This document shows positions 46,289 through 57,057 of a stretch of DNA of 64,000 nt, in pieces. A program made the translations under genes and the position numbers. Source of the DNA: Diplonema japonicum (taxonomy: Eukaryota; Protista; Euglenozoa: Diplonemea); NCBI GenBank assembly GCA_964019335.1, contig OZ025759.1:144001-208000 (forward strand), written 5' to 3'. The number at the start of each line of letters is the position of its first letter. Position 1 is the first letter of the stretch. The notes beneath the pieces are model-generated. The model worked only from the letters and a program-made list of their open reading frames with translations, did no database searches and was not told the origin of the DNA.

Positions 46289-46984
46289 ATGGCAACTTGC
46301 CGAGGATGCTGCAAGATGGGTCACCCCCTGAATAGTGGGTACTGTAAGGGGTGCCGAGGAGTGGGCCCGGCCACCTTCTGTAGGAATGACAGGGAGCGTG
46401 GGTGGAACTCGAGCAACAAAATCACGTACAGCGACCCATCGCCGTTGCTTGGTGACATGCAGTTCCCCTTGAAGGAAAAGCTGTCAAGGGACTTCCCCAT
46501 TAGGAGGAACCCTGTCACGGTGTGCGACTGTGCGAAGTGCAAGGCAGAAGGTCCTCGCCGTGGGCACAACTCGTACTCAGCTCTGCACACGCCGTCCCCA
46601 CGTAAAACACCTGCAAAAAATAACAGTGCAAGGAAGACTCAGCATTCGCCGCAGAAGAGCATGCACAGTCCTGCCAGCCCTATTCATTTCGAGCCCAAAA
46701 GATATTCAGCCTTCTACGACAGTGACCCCGAGCCCGACTCTTTAGGTCTGGAGCCACAGTGGCCGCACTACGCAGAAGCTGCAAGAACAGCGTCCTCAGA
46801 AGAAGAGATCGCATACAACAAACTGCTGTCCGCCTTCGAGACCATCAGGGGCGCCGTCGTCGAGCAACAGCACCACGAGCAGTCAATAGGAGGGCATTCC
46901 CATCTTTCGTCCCCAGCTGCCGCCCACCTGTTGTCCATGGAGAGTTATCCCTCTCCTTATAAGGACCCCTCCTACTACGCTTAG
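46289..46984 (+). CDS. Hypothetical Cys-motif protein sharing an N-terminal domain with the MORN protein
   Basis: CRGC...YCKGC, then RERGWN....DPSPLLGDM....KEKL.R..P......CDC.KCK. Confidence 0.7.
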   Translation: MATCRGCCKMGHPLNSGYCKGCRGVGPATFCRNDRERGWNSSNKITYSDPSPLLGDMQFPLKEKLSRDFPIRRNPVTVCDCAKCKAEGPRRGHNSYSALHTPSPRKTPAKNNSARKTQHSPQKSMHSPASPIHFEPKRYSAFYDSDPEPDSLGLEPQWPHYAEAARTASSEEEIAYNKLLSAFETIRGAVVEQQHHEQSIGGHSHLSSPAAAHLLSMESYPSPYKDPSYYA

Positions 46985-47084
46985 TCTAGCCGTGCAGCCG
47001 TCTAGCCGTGCAGCCGTGTACCATACCTTTGTATTGTATTCCACGTCTGACATGCGTCAACCTCAGTATCAAATTAGGACAAAA

Positions 47085-47654
47085 ATGCGAACGCTGTTTG
47101 TAGGTGCATGTAAGAAGGCGTGGGCGAGGAGCCATTGGACGACACCCCATTCGATATGGTACTCGAATGGAAGGGAGGCCGTCATAGCCAACACGGAGGT
47201 GCCCAAAGACTGGAAGGTCGTCAGCATAGAAGGTCATGTGGAGTACAGGATGCCGGAAAACTGGCACTTGGAGACTGATAGCGGTGGGCAGGGCGCGTAC
47301 GTGTGTCACTCGATCACTCCTGAGGTAGTGAACCCCCTGAAGGAGAACGGGTTGATGGTGGTGCTTAGCGGTAATACCGAACCCTCGAAAGATCTAAAAG
47401 TGAGGACAAAAGAAGTGATGGCCTTGACCATGGCTGGTGACAGAACCTTTGAGGAGCTGGACGTTGAGCCGAGAGGACAATACGCAGTGATCAGGTCCGT
47501 GGCTGAAAATATCGAGACTGAAGGCTTGTTAAGGGTCATGGTGACGCCTTCGCGTATAGCTGCTGCGTGGACGCTGAGCCACGTGGACATACCTCACAAC
47601 GATATGCAGAGACGTGTGACGGCCACTATCGTGAACAGCATTCGTTGGCTGTAG
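47085..47654 (+). CDS. Hypothetical protein, possible mitochondrial presequence
   Basis: ATG in AAAAATG context; MRTLFVGACKKAWAR; 189-aa frame. An upstream ATG at 47052 is possible. Confidence 0.6.
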   Translation: MRTLFVGACKKAWARSHWTTPHSIWYSNGREAVIANTEVPKDWKVVSIEGHVEYRMPENWHLETDSGGQGAYVCHSITPEVVNPLKENGLMVVLSGNTEPSKDLKVRTKEVMALTMAGDRTFEELDVEPRGQYAVIRSVAENIETEGLLRVMVTPSRIAAAWTLSHVDIPHNDMQRRVTATIVNSIRWL

Positions 47655-47767
47655 GGCTTATTTTGTTTTTCTAGGTTATCCGATTGATGTGAAGTTCTTT
47701 ATGAACATACACACTGAAGTTTTAGCGAGTTTTCTAGCTCCTACTATAATTCACACAGGTTGGTGAC

Positions 47768-50009
47768 ATGGCCGACTCCGACTCCGACTCGAGTAGCAGC
47801 AGCCTGTCCATTGGGTCGCCACAGAGTCCCAATGTACAGCAGATCCTTAGCGATAGTGAGCTTGGCAGCCCAGAGCTTGTCGAGATGCTCAGCGACGCGA
47901 CGTCTTCGAAGCCAGTGAAGCTGGACAGCCCAGGCAGCAGTGGTTCGGAATCAGAACGCTCGTTCCAGCAGGTGCTAAGCCCACGGACCCCCATGAGTCC
48001 TGCAGAATCTGAAGGGTTAATCCTCCTTGCAGACAGCAGTGACGAAGAGAAAAGCAATGGCGGGAGCGGTGCCGAAAGCGATGAAGAGAGCGCTATAATA
48101 ATCGGTGAAGCTGACGACGACAGTAACAGTTCCAAGGCAAGCAACGCTCTTGAGATCCTGTCCATGTCCTCGCAACCCTCACCACGGTCTCCTGCCTCCA
48201 TCCGGCTCGACTCTGAGTCGCCGTCTTCTTCTCTGAAGTCGCCGATTTCAGTGAGATCGCCTTTGTCGGTGAAATCCCCTCTGTCGGAGAACTCACCTTT
48301 GCAGTTCCAGGAGGAACCCGTGTCACCCCTCTCACCTGAAGCAGATGATGCAGCTGGACCTCCTTCCTTCAGAGAAGAATCGCTGGAAATAAGGAGCAAG
48401 TCATCCCGAAGGTCGTCAGCCAAGTCACTCAGCCGACGGTCGTCGTCTAGCATAATTGAGGTATCTGAGGACGACACTCCCCTCCACACGACAACTCTCC
48501 GTTCCCCTATACCTGCGGCAGTGTCATTGCCACCCATGCTGCAAAGCAGGCCGCCTGAACGCCTTGTAAGTGACGACGCGAGTAGCGACTCCGACATATG
48601 TGTCCCTGTCGAGGAGGTGAAGGAGGCTATGCGCAGGAAAGCATTGCCGCCACCTCATAGACAACAAGCACGGAAGGAACCACCACCTAAAAAACAGCCA
48701 CAGAAACTGTACCTGAAAAAGTCTCGAGCGGAGCCACCGGTGCCCGAGAAGCTATCGAAGAACACAAAGAACAAGGATAAGCAAATAAGCGAACAAGTAA
48801 AAGCGGGCCTAGACAAGACCATGAAACGGATAACGGCCAAAACCGAGCTCACGATAAAAACATGGGTACTGTCTGTGGTGACGGGCTCTGAAGTGAGGGT
48901 GACGCGCAACTTGGTGCCGCTTGAGACACGGGGTAAGGGAGGCGAAGAGCGATGTTGTGAGGATATAGTTCTCGATGAGGGCAGCACAGGGTGTGTCCTG
49001 CCTGCAAAGCTGACGAACGCCAGTTACCGGCTGGTGACAGACAGTAAGACGCTTGTTTTAATCAATTCAAGCGGAACCCTCTCCAGCGTGTACGTGTGGG
49101 TGCGCGTTGCAGTCGGCGCTGCTCTGCTACGCGCAGACTCACTATCTGTGCTTGCAACAGGCGATGAAGAAATACAGCAAGGCAGAAAGAAGGGCCCCGT
49201 TCTCATCGGTAGGCAACAGGCGTGGCTGACAGTGTCCGAAAGGAACACCGATATCAAGGATAGACCGAAGTGGGTGAAATCGAAGGCCCAAGCCAAACAG
49301 CAGCCGACATCCCACCTCAAGCTGTCCTTCCCACTTGGGTCGTATGTGAAGGCTGAAGACTACGGGGAGGGGTGCGTGAAGGGGTACAAGTATGCATGTT
49401 GCTCATCTGCAACCACAAACAGGAAAGTAGAAGTGAGGGACGGCGACGACGTGCAAACAGTCGACAAGATAGCTGTAAGCTTCAGTGGTGCTCTGAAACT
49501 ACATGACCCCAGCAAGCTAACGCTTGTGAAAAAGAAAGTATGACCACACATCCCACCTAGCCATTTCATAGTACTCTTTGGTGCCGATAGTAGGCCCCGA
49601 ATTTACAGACGGCCAGCTTGACGCTAAGAAGACCGGCGCTGCTGAGCGGAAACAAATTGCGAAGCAAAGTAAAGTGAAAGAGGAAGACGAGATGGTGAAC
49701 AAAACCAAGAAGACATTGGAAGTGGAGAAGCTGGACAAAATGGTGAGTAGGCTTCAAGGGTATAGACCTGAAGGCATGCAGATCAACCAGCATGTGGATA
49801 AGTGTGGGAGAATCAAGTGCCAGGTATGAACCCTCAGGCAATCGAGCCGAAACCACTTAACACTTCAGGACAAGAAATGGACAACGAACGAGAGAATGCA
49901 GAAGAAGCGGGATGAAGTCAGGCAGATCGAGGTGGAGAAGCGGCGTGCGAACCCGACATACGACGCCATGATGAACTGGAAGGAAGAATGGGACAAGTCA
50001 AGAGAGTAG
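47768..50009 (+). CDS. Ser/Pro-rich hypothetical protein, 3-4 exons
   Basis: Introns 49538-49571 (34 nt) and 49824-49868 (45 nt) join ORFs 47768-49543 and 49578-49829 to a last exon ending TAG 50007-50009; probable stop-free intron 49390-49422. Confidence 0.72.
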
Positions 50010-50098
50010 CGTAGACTGTTTGATAATAGAATGTAGTTTCTTTTTTATTTTTATGATTTGTATTTCTAGCTTTCAGCTTGCCTATAGGCTGCCTTGCA

Positions 50099-50415
50099 AT
50101 GTCGAACCCCCTTGTTGTCCCTGCGACCGCCGGTGCTTTCTTCGGTGCCCTCGGCGAGTATGTGAAGGACAAGAGCCCCGAAATTAACCTTCTGGTATGC
50201 CATAGCCCATCTTGAGTATCCTCAACAGCTGAAATCCTTCCTTGCTTTTGTGTCCATCGCATCCCACCTGAAATACTTTAACACCGCCAACCTTGTTGGC
50301 AACCAGAAGAATTACAAACTCATCTACAGCGGGATCGTCGTTGCAGTTCTCATCCACGGCCTTAGGGTATGTCACGTGGCAAGAAAGTTAAAACTCTATT
50401 TTACAGAAGAAGTAA
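50099..50415 (+). CDS. Small (80 aa) membrane protein absent from the ORF track, 3 exons
   Basis: Exons 50099-50194, 50229-50366 and 50407-50415 via GTATG..ACAG introns of 34 and 40 nt: MSNPLVVPATAGAFFGALGEYVKDKSPEINLLLKSFLAFVSIASHLKYFNTANLVGNQKNYKLIYSGIVVAVLIHGLRKK. Confidence 0.72.
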
Positions 50416-50581
50416 AAAGAAAATAAATAGCGAGTGTACTCCTGAATTCTGCACTAGCACACAGACCACGTGCTGCTAGCACCTACGTTTTTTCCCGCAA
50501 TTAAGTTTGTTTCTTACTTGTTTCTTCCCCCCTTTTTTTCTTCGAGAGCTTTTGTAACTTACTACAGATGTCTGAATAGAC

Positions 50582-52454
50582 ATGGCAGCACTTCTTGTGA
50601 AGCTCGAGGAGAACATAGCAGAGAGAGTGGTATGCCACAAGCCAACAGCCAACAGACACAACAGGTGATTGCGGATAAAGAAACCCTGCAGATCACAGGT
50701 GTGGTGGATGCGTTGTTCCGGCTAAAGTGTCTTGGTGTGTTTAGTGTGGACGACGAGCCGGCAGACGTGGGTGATAAGTTAGTAAACTTGAAGTGGTTGC
50801 ATGGCAGCAAACCGGAGGCTGTTTTTCTCTTATATGACACGAAGAGCCTTCTAAAGGCAGAGACCTTGTGTGCTGGCATGGGTCTGCAGTGCATAGACGT
50901 CGTGTATACCAGCCCTTACCTCAATACAGCAGAGGGCACGTTGGTGCCCATGCCCGACGTTGCTGTAGATGATCTTTTGTTCCACGTGGGCGAGCCGACG
51001 GCCGTGCCCTTTGAGACCGCTCACCTCCCGCCACATGTCTCACTCACTGATTCCGACACTTATCCCTTGCACGTCCCTCACAAGGTGCTCGAGGTCTACT
51101 GCTCGGCAGCCGTCAAGCTTGCTTCAAAGTGCAGGAACTTAGATCTCACGATGCGCTCCATTTGGTGCGTAGGACCTTCCAGCACTGTGTTTGGTACCCT
51201 TCTTCAAGGAGAGCTTAAGAGGAGCCCCGGCTCTGCACCTCACGATGCAGGTGTCATCATCCTTGACCGCACCGCTGATGTGGCCACACCGCTCATGTTC
51301 AGCTTGTTTGACTGCCTCGTGAAGAAGGGTGTCCCTGTGGCGGATGCAATGCCCTTCATAGGCCAGGGGAACATGACAGAGCTTAAGAGCAAGTGCATCT
51401 CCGTTCTATCCAGTTTGCAAGACGACAAGATCGCAGGGTTGCTTCCGAAAGCCATTACAAGCACGGCACGCCTGTTTCACTTGTTTCTCACGGCCATGGA
51501 AGCGCCGCCGAATGCAGTGGCTGCGCTGAAGCACAAGAAGCTTGTTGCTGTCGTGAAGGCTCTGCAAAACGAGAGGTTCACACTGACATACCCCGACGTG
51601 GAGGATGGCGTGTGTAGCAAGCTTACTTGTATCCAAAAGTTGATACAAATCCTCAAGGAGATACTCAGCTTGAAAGATGCGGCTAAAGCGGTGCAGAAAC
51701 TGTCCGACAGCATCAGGGGATACCTCATCCTCGCAGCCACTGACAGTGAAAGTGAGGACCAGGACCTCCTCAACGTCATGGTGCAAGAATACATAATGGT
51801 CCTGAAGATGGCCGTCGCTCACACTACAGAAAAGCTCGAGGCAACTCACGATTGCCTTCGAGCCGAGCTTGGCAGCTTTGCAGACGCACTGAGCACTGAC
51901 GTTGATGCTGCCCTTCAGGCGCTTCTTGACAAAGGGACGTCGCTCACGGACATCAAAACCCGTCTGGGCATCAAAAGCACAAAATTGCTGAACTGCAACA
52001 AAAGTGGCGAGTTAATCCTACAGCTAGCTGCCAACGCTGAAGCCGACCAAGGACTGCTGCTGACTGACGCTACGAAGCTTGAAGTCTCCGAAGCAGCGAT
52101 GCAACAGCAGAAGAGCTTGGGAGGATGGCTAGGAGGATTGGGGTATGTCTAATATCAGTGTCACTTACTCTTCTCAGGAGCACACTTCTTGGGGAGGCAC
52201 CTGAGATACAGATGGATACGTTTGTTATATTTATTCTTGGCGGGATCACCCCTCTTGAGGCGCACAACGTACAGAGATTGCTGGAAGAACGGGGCACACG
52301 CTGCAGATTCATCTTGGGGGGCAGTGATGTGGTGACGGGGGTAGGGGTGCTGGGGGGACTGTTCGCGACGTACGGTGCACTTGAGGTTGCCACTTCTTCA
52401 ACATCACACAGGACAACAAAAAATGAGAAGAGAAGTGTTTGTCCGGACATATAG
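50582..52454 (+). CDS. Sec1/Munc18-family-like protein (SCFD2-like), 3 exons
   Basis: VIILDRTADVATPL and C-terminal VIFILGGIT..E, ILGGS; introns 50630-50664 (35 nt) and 52143-52177 (35 nt). The 3' end is uncertain because it overlaps the next gene. Confidence 0.72.
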
Positions 52455-53601
52455 CGCTGTGACAGCGGCAAGCATCTTGGGGGGGTTTGTGTACGGGTAC
52501 GCGGTGCATGAGTCATTCTCGGAGTACTTACTTGCGGCATGGGAGTCTGTGGGGTTTGAAGTGTTTGTAATATTGAACGCGTTTATGTGGGTGTTGAGTA
52601 TGGGCTGCTTTCTGTTCAGCCCGTTCAGTGAAAGCGAGCTACGGATTATGGTGTCGAAGATGCCGTTAAGCTCGTGTTTCATGTCCTTGCAGCTGTTCTT
52701 CATCCTTGAGCCCAGCACCGATGATGAGCTCATCCTGTGGTCGGTGTGGTTTCTCATAAAATGGTTTGTCACGTACATCAACGTCCTTGCCTGTGTAAGG
52801 GCGGATGCCGCAACACAGGTGTCTGCCATCTCAGGGTCAAGGCAGCTTGTCGTGCTTCTGAGCACCTCGTGCCTTCTCTCTGCGGGCTTCATGTTCATAG
52901 GACTGTACCTGTTCCACGCCGCCCCCATCTCCTTCATCTTCATCATCTTGGATGATGCTGCTTTTTGCTTGCTGAACTCGTTGCGGTCTGTTGGAAGATA
53001 TTTCATCCTGCGGATGTCGTCGGGTGGCTTGGTGGATGTGGATGCTCGTCTCCTGCTAGCGAACAAACTTGCTTCCATCCCTGCTGACCTCCTGTCGATG
53101 GTAGCGTGCTACTACGTGGTGGAAGGGACCAGCACGCATGCGTTGATCAAGATGTACAAGATCATTTGCATCCCTTTCTACATTATGAGGATACAGGTCG
53201 CGGTCAGGGAAACCACACGACCCACCCGTGCCGTGCAGGTTCCCCTTCCGACTATTATTGAATTTCGAAGCTACAAAGACCCGTGTGCAATATGCTACGA
53301 ACCGATGTGCTTCGGTGCCACGGAGCGTCAACTGACGTCTGCACTGGCTTCAGATGCGCTCGTCGCCGCTGCGCTTGTAGCAGCGCTCCCATGTTCTTTC
53401 TCTGAACCGTACTTGCCAGAACCACCTTCCTCTCCTACTCCTATTGAGCCATCCTCTAACTCCCTTGTCACCGCAACTGTGCCCCTCTCCATGACTCCAA
53501 GGTACCTGAGGTGTGGCCACATGTTTCACGCAAAATGCCTCAATTCTTGGATGAAAGAGAAGCGAGAGTGTCCGTTGTGCAAGCGATTTATAAAAATATA
53601 G
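52423..53601 (+). CDS. Multi-TM RING-H2 E3 ubiquitin ligase, Hrd1/gp78-like
   Basis: Several TM helices (L.E.E, W..WF..K), then CAIC.E.M, an insert, and PR.LRCGH.FH..CL.SW.....CP.CK. Confidence 0.8.
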   Translation: MRREVFVRTYSAVTAASILGGFVYGYAVHESFSEYLLAAWESVGFEVFVILNAFMWVLSMGCFLFSPFSESELRIMVSKMPLSSCFMSLQLFFILEPSTDDELILWSVWFLIKWFVTYINVLACVRADAATQVSAISGSRQLVVLLSTSCLLSAGFMFIGLYLFHAAPISFIFIILDDAAFCLLNSLRSVGRYFILRMSSGGLVDVDARLLLANKLASIPADLLSMVACYYVVEGTSTHALIKMYKIICIPFYIMRIQVAVRETTRPTRAVQVPLPTIIEFRSYKDPCAICYEPMCFGATERQLTSALASDALVAAALVAALPCSFSEPYLPEPPSSPTPIEPSSNSLVTATVPLSMTPRYLRCGHMFHAKCLNSWMKEKRECPLCKRFIKI

Positions 53602-54110
53602 CCCATTTTCTCCATGAGGGGACGTAGTGAGTTGATGGCACAGGCACCGAAAGGGCATGAACGGTGCCAGAGACAGTTTTTTTTGTTTTAGTTGAGATTA
53701 TTTCAATTCAAAAAAGAGAGGGGGGCAAAAAAGAACTGTGCACAAAGGTTCCTACACACTTACCCAACCAAAATGATGACACGCAGTACCCACTGGTTCA
53801 GACACTACATCAGGACTAGGAGAGGGTGGAGGAGCTGAACATGTGCATATATATTACGCGATACTCATCTTAAAATAAGCAATCATGAAGATGTTGTCGG
53901 GACCTTTCCAACCTGCTTGTAACGTGCGGGGGGCTAGGGTTCACTTCACCTTCTGTTGTAGCATAAACATGAACATAAGTTAATTTCAAGGAAGGTTGTC
54001 TTTATAGATGCCTTGAATTATTTTCTTTTTTTTTGCAAGAAACAATCCTCAAACACAAACCATACTAACAGGTTTTTTTAAAAAAAAATAGAAAAAAGAA
54101 AAAGCAACAC

Positions 54111-55607
54111 ATGGTCCACGTTCTAGCATGTCTGGTGCTTCTCTTCTGCGCTGTTCTGTACAAGTACAGGGCCAAAACCCTGAAAGGCAGCGTCCCCATG
54201 CACAAAGGGCATCTCCCCCTCATAGGCTCTACCCATCTTGCCATCATGGATAGACTACGCGGCAAGTCTGCCTTCGTGCACTTCGTGTACAACCAGGTCC
54301 AGCAGAACGGGTACAAGAGCTTTGCCTGGTCAGCAGTCGGCGGCAGGATGGGAGTTGTCATCTTGGAAAAAGAGGACATCAAGTTCGCGCTGAAGGACAA
54401 CTTCAATAACTTCGTGAAGGCACCCGGGTTCCTCGAGAACTTCTCAGGCCTCCTTGGGCAGGGTATCTTCAACTCCAACGGTGATGTGTGGAAGCAGCAG
54501 CGTGTCGTGATGGCGCAGATGTTCAATCGCAGGCAACTCAGAGAGAGGATGAGCCTGGTGTTCGGGGCACATTCGCAAGACCTAGTCGACCTCCTCAAGA
54601 AGACTGAGCTCGGTGAAGCGGTGAACATCATGCCCTTCTTTTACCATTTCACCTTCGACTGCATCAACAGCGTGGCCTTCAACAGGGACGTCAACTCCCT
54701 CGGGGGGAACGAGAAGGACGTGGCGTTCCAAAAAGCATTTGACGTGATCCAGCACGGCATCCTGGGCAGGTTCATGATCCCGTGGTGGAAGTTGTACAGG
54801 TTCATGCAGCTGTCTTCGGAGAGGGGCATCGTAAAGGGTCTCGAGGTGGTGAACGCCTATGTCGAGGATGTGGTGGACCAGTATTTTGAGAAGGACGGGA
54901 GTCTGAAAGAGGATGCCATTGTGGATGACCGCACGATGACTGGGCTATTCCTGGACAACGCGAGGTCTAGCGGCATCGTGTATGACAGGGTGTTCATCAG
55001 GGACATGATCTTGAACACCGTCATCGCAGGCAGGGACTCGACGGGGTCGGCGCTAACGTCGTGCATTGAGTACCTGTGTTATCACCCTGAGTGGCAGGAC
55101 AAGCTGCACGAGGAGGCGAAGGCATGCTTCGGGGGCATGCAGGAAGCGCTCACCTTCGACGACGTAGAAGGTGTGTCTCCTGTAGCCGAGGCTGTGTTCC
55201 TAGAAGCAATCCGCCTCCACCCAGCAGTCCCTGCAAACGAGAAGCTGTGTTTGGAAGACACCGAGTTCCCCTCCGGTGTTAAAGTCCCTGCAGGCGTGGG
55301 GGTGAACTGGTTGCCTTACGTGACCAACAGATACAAGAAATTGTGGGGCGACGACGCAGAGGAGTTCAACCCCGAGAGGTGGATGGATGGCAGGACGTAT
55401 GATGACTTCATGCACCCCAGTTTCAACGCGGGGCCAAGGCTGTGCTTGGGGAAGAGCATGGCGATCCTCGAAGGGAAGATAGCACTTCTAACCTTATTTG
55501 CGAACTTCAAGTTCTCCATGCGTGAGGGGTTTGTTCCTAGGATGAAACCTTCGATCACCTGGCAGTTGGACAGCAACGGTCTTGAGGTGCTGGTGCACCC
55601 TGTTTAG
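54111..55607 (+). CDS. Cytochrome P450 (resembles CYP86/94/704-type clan)
   Basis: N-terminal anchor, LLGQGIFNSNG..W..QR, I-helix AGRDST, EAIRLHP, FNPERW, haem motif FNAGPRLCLG. Confidence 0.93.
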   Translation: MVHVLACLVLLFCAVLYKYRAKTLKGSVPMHKGHLPLIGSTHLAIMDRLRGKSAFVHFVYNQVQQNGYKSFAWSAVGGRMGVVILEKEDIKFALKDNFNNFVKAPGFLENFSGLLGQGIFNSNGDVWKQQRVVMAQMFNRRQLRERMSLVFGAHSQDLVDLLKKTELGEAVNIMPFFYHFTFDCINSVAFNRDVNSLGGNEKDVAFQKAFDVIQHGILGRFMIPWWKLYRFMQLSSERGIVKGLEVVNAYVEDVVDQYFEKDGSLKEDAIVDDRTMTGLFLDNARSSGIVYDRVFIRDMILNTVIAGRDSTGSALTSCIEYLCYHPEWQDKLHEEAKACFGGMQEALTFDDVEGVSPVAEAVFLEAIRLHPAVPANEKLCLEDTEFPSGVKVPAGVGVNWLPYVTNRYKKLWGDDAEEFNPERWMDGRTYDDFMHPSFNAGPRLCLGKSMAILEGKIALLTLFANFKFSMREGFVPRMKPSITWQLDSNGLEVLVHPV

Positions 55608-56938
55608 ACCGCTACATCGCAACCCTAACTCTAACCTTTAACGTTTTAGTTTCTTTGGGAAATGCAAATCTACGTAGCATCTCAGAGGGGTGTTTGCCTT
55701 AAGCTCGTCAGCGAGCGTCGTGCACGGGGCTTGCATTGTGAATTTTAAATATCCTAGAAAGTTAAAAATAGATAAGCAGAGCAAAAAGTAACTTTTTTGT
55801 TAGCTTTCTTCTTAGACGATTGTAAGTAAGTTCCTTAGGCTGATCAGCCTTTCTATCCTTTTCACCCACTTGCAGCGTTATTATGCGACTTCTTTTAGTA
55901 TCACATTAAACCTTCATTCATCTAACCCTTCCTCTTATTCTGTTTGCAACCTCCGCTCACCGCAACCTTCTCATACATAGTATTGTTGCGATGACAAAAA
56001 AAAAGAAAGGAAAAAAAAAAAATGAAACGAAAGAAACGTAATTTTTGATTCATTCTGGGATCACCTAGCCCTTTTTTTTCTCGATAACCTAGCATCTAGC
56101 AGCTTCTCCCCTTCACCTACCCTTCTCCCCTTGTTTTGTACCAAACCTCTCTTTTACTTGCTCTTTTTTTTCACGGTGGTCCTTTCCACCAGTTTCTTAG
56201 GTTCTGTCATATTCTGTTGCCCTGTTCTTGCTATTGAACGGATCGCTTTTAATTCCTCACCTCTTTTCTATTTTATCAGGACGTTCGCCTTACACAGACT
56301 TCCTTTATTTAGATGTTATTTCACTTTTCTCGAAAATACTTCGTCATTAATAGGAAACTAATATGCCTCAGCACGTAGCTGAACTTACATGAGATCGCAA
56401 GGTCCCACCACACCATGTGTTAGAGGTGTCCAAAGGGGAGGCTTGATTATACACGAATGACACGCTATTGGAAGACCATACGTAGTACGAAAAGCGATAG
56501 CACGCGATACAACAGGAAGCTCAGGATAGTCTAGATAAATAGTTCATATCTTCCCACAATATACAAAGTAGTGTCGGGGGGTAAACCCGAGTAGCCTTCA
56601 GTGGTACTTCTAGACATAAGAGCAGTACAATATCAAAACTTGCAGTAAGATGTTCGCAGGTTCGCAAAACGAGCAGGACCTGACTGTAGCAGATCTAGAA
56701 GGTTCTGAGTAAGTCGTGTGCACACTGATGGTGACAGGGACCTAGTACACAATGAGTGTTAAGAAGGGTGACGGGGAATGTCAGGCAACAGAGACGGAGC
56801 TTCTTGTGCCATCTCAGTTTATGAATGGTCCACTCTTTACGCTCGGGGGGAGTTGAACTATTATTTTTTAATTCTTCTTTCAAATGTTCTAACAACAATG
56901 TTACTAGATTTCGCAAACCCGAAACTTTTTTCTTACAC

Positions 56939-57049
56939 GGGTTCCGCGGCCGAAGGCCGGGTGGGTGGGGTGGGTTCCGCGGCCGAAGGCCGCCATAGAT
57001 ATAAGGCGCCCTAAATACAAGGGTTCCGCGGCCGAAGGCCGCGGAACCC
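56939..57049. repeat. Three GGGTTCCGCGGCCGAAGGCCG units, the last a perfect 13-bp hairpin, with a G4 motif between units 1 and 2
   Basis: Units start at 56939, 56972 and 57021; 57021-57049 = gggttccgcggcc-gaa-ggccgcggaaccc; 56959-56974 = GGGTGGGTGGGGTGGG. Confidence 0.92.
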
Positions 57050-57057
57050 GGACTAAT

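Noticed and set aside
46985-47018. 16-bp tandem duplication tctagccgtgcagccg
   Set aside because: Real, but an ordinary local slippage duplication with no further support for function.
18601-49868. Rule that 3n introns always carry in-frame stops (NMD visibility)
   Set aside because: Five do, but three candidates (18601, 20937, 49390) are stop-free and detection is biased, so the pattern is unsupported.
497-55576. Numerous minus-strand and alternate-frame ORFs in the track
   Set aside because: They shadow well-supported + strand genes, have no motifs and are often low-complexity antisense.
55620-55640. Telomeric CCCTAA seed
   Set aside because: Only one exact unit plus degenerate neighbours; compatible with chance.
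56360-56900. Possible transposon or gene remnant before the satellite
   Set aside because: No interpretable frame or motif found on either strand.
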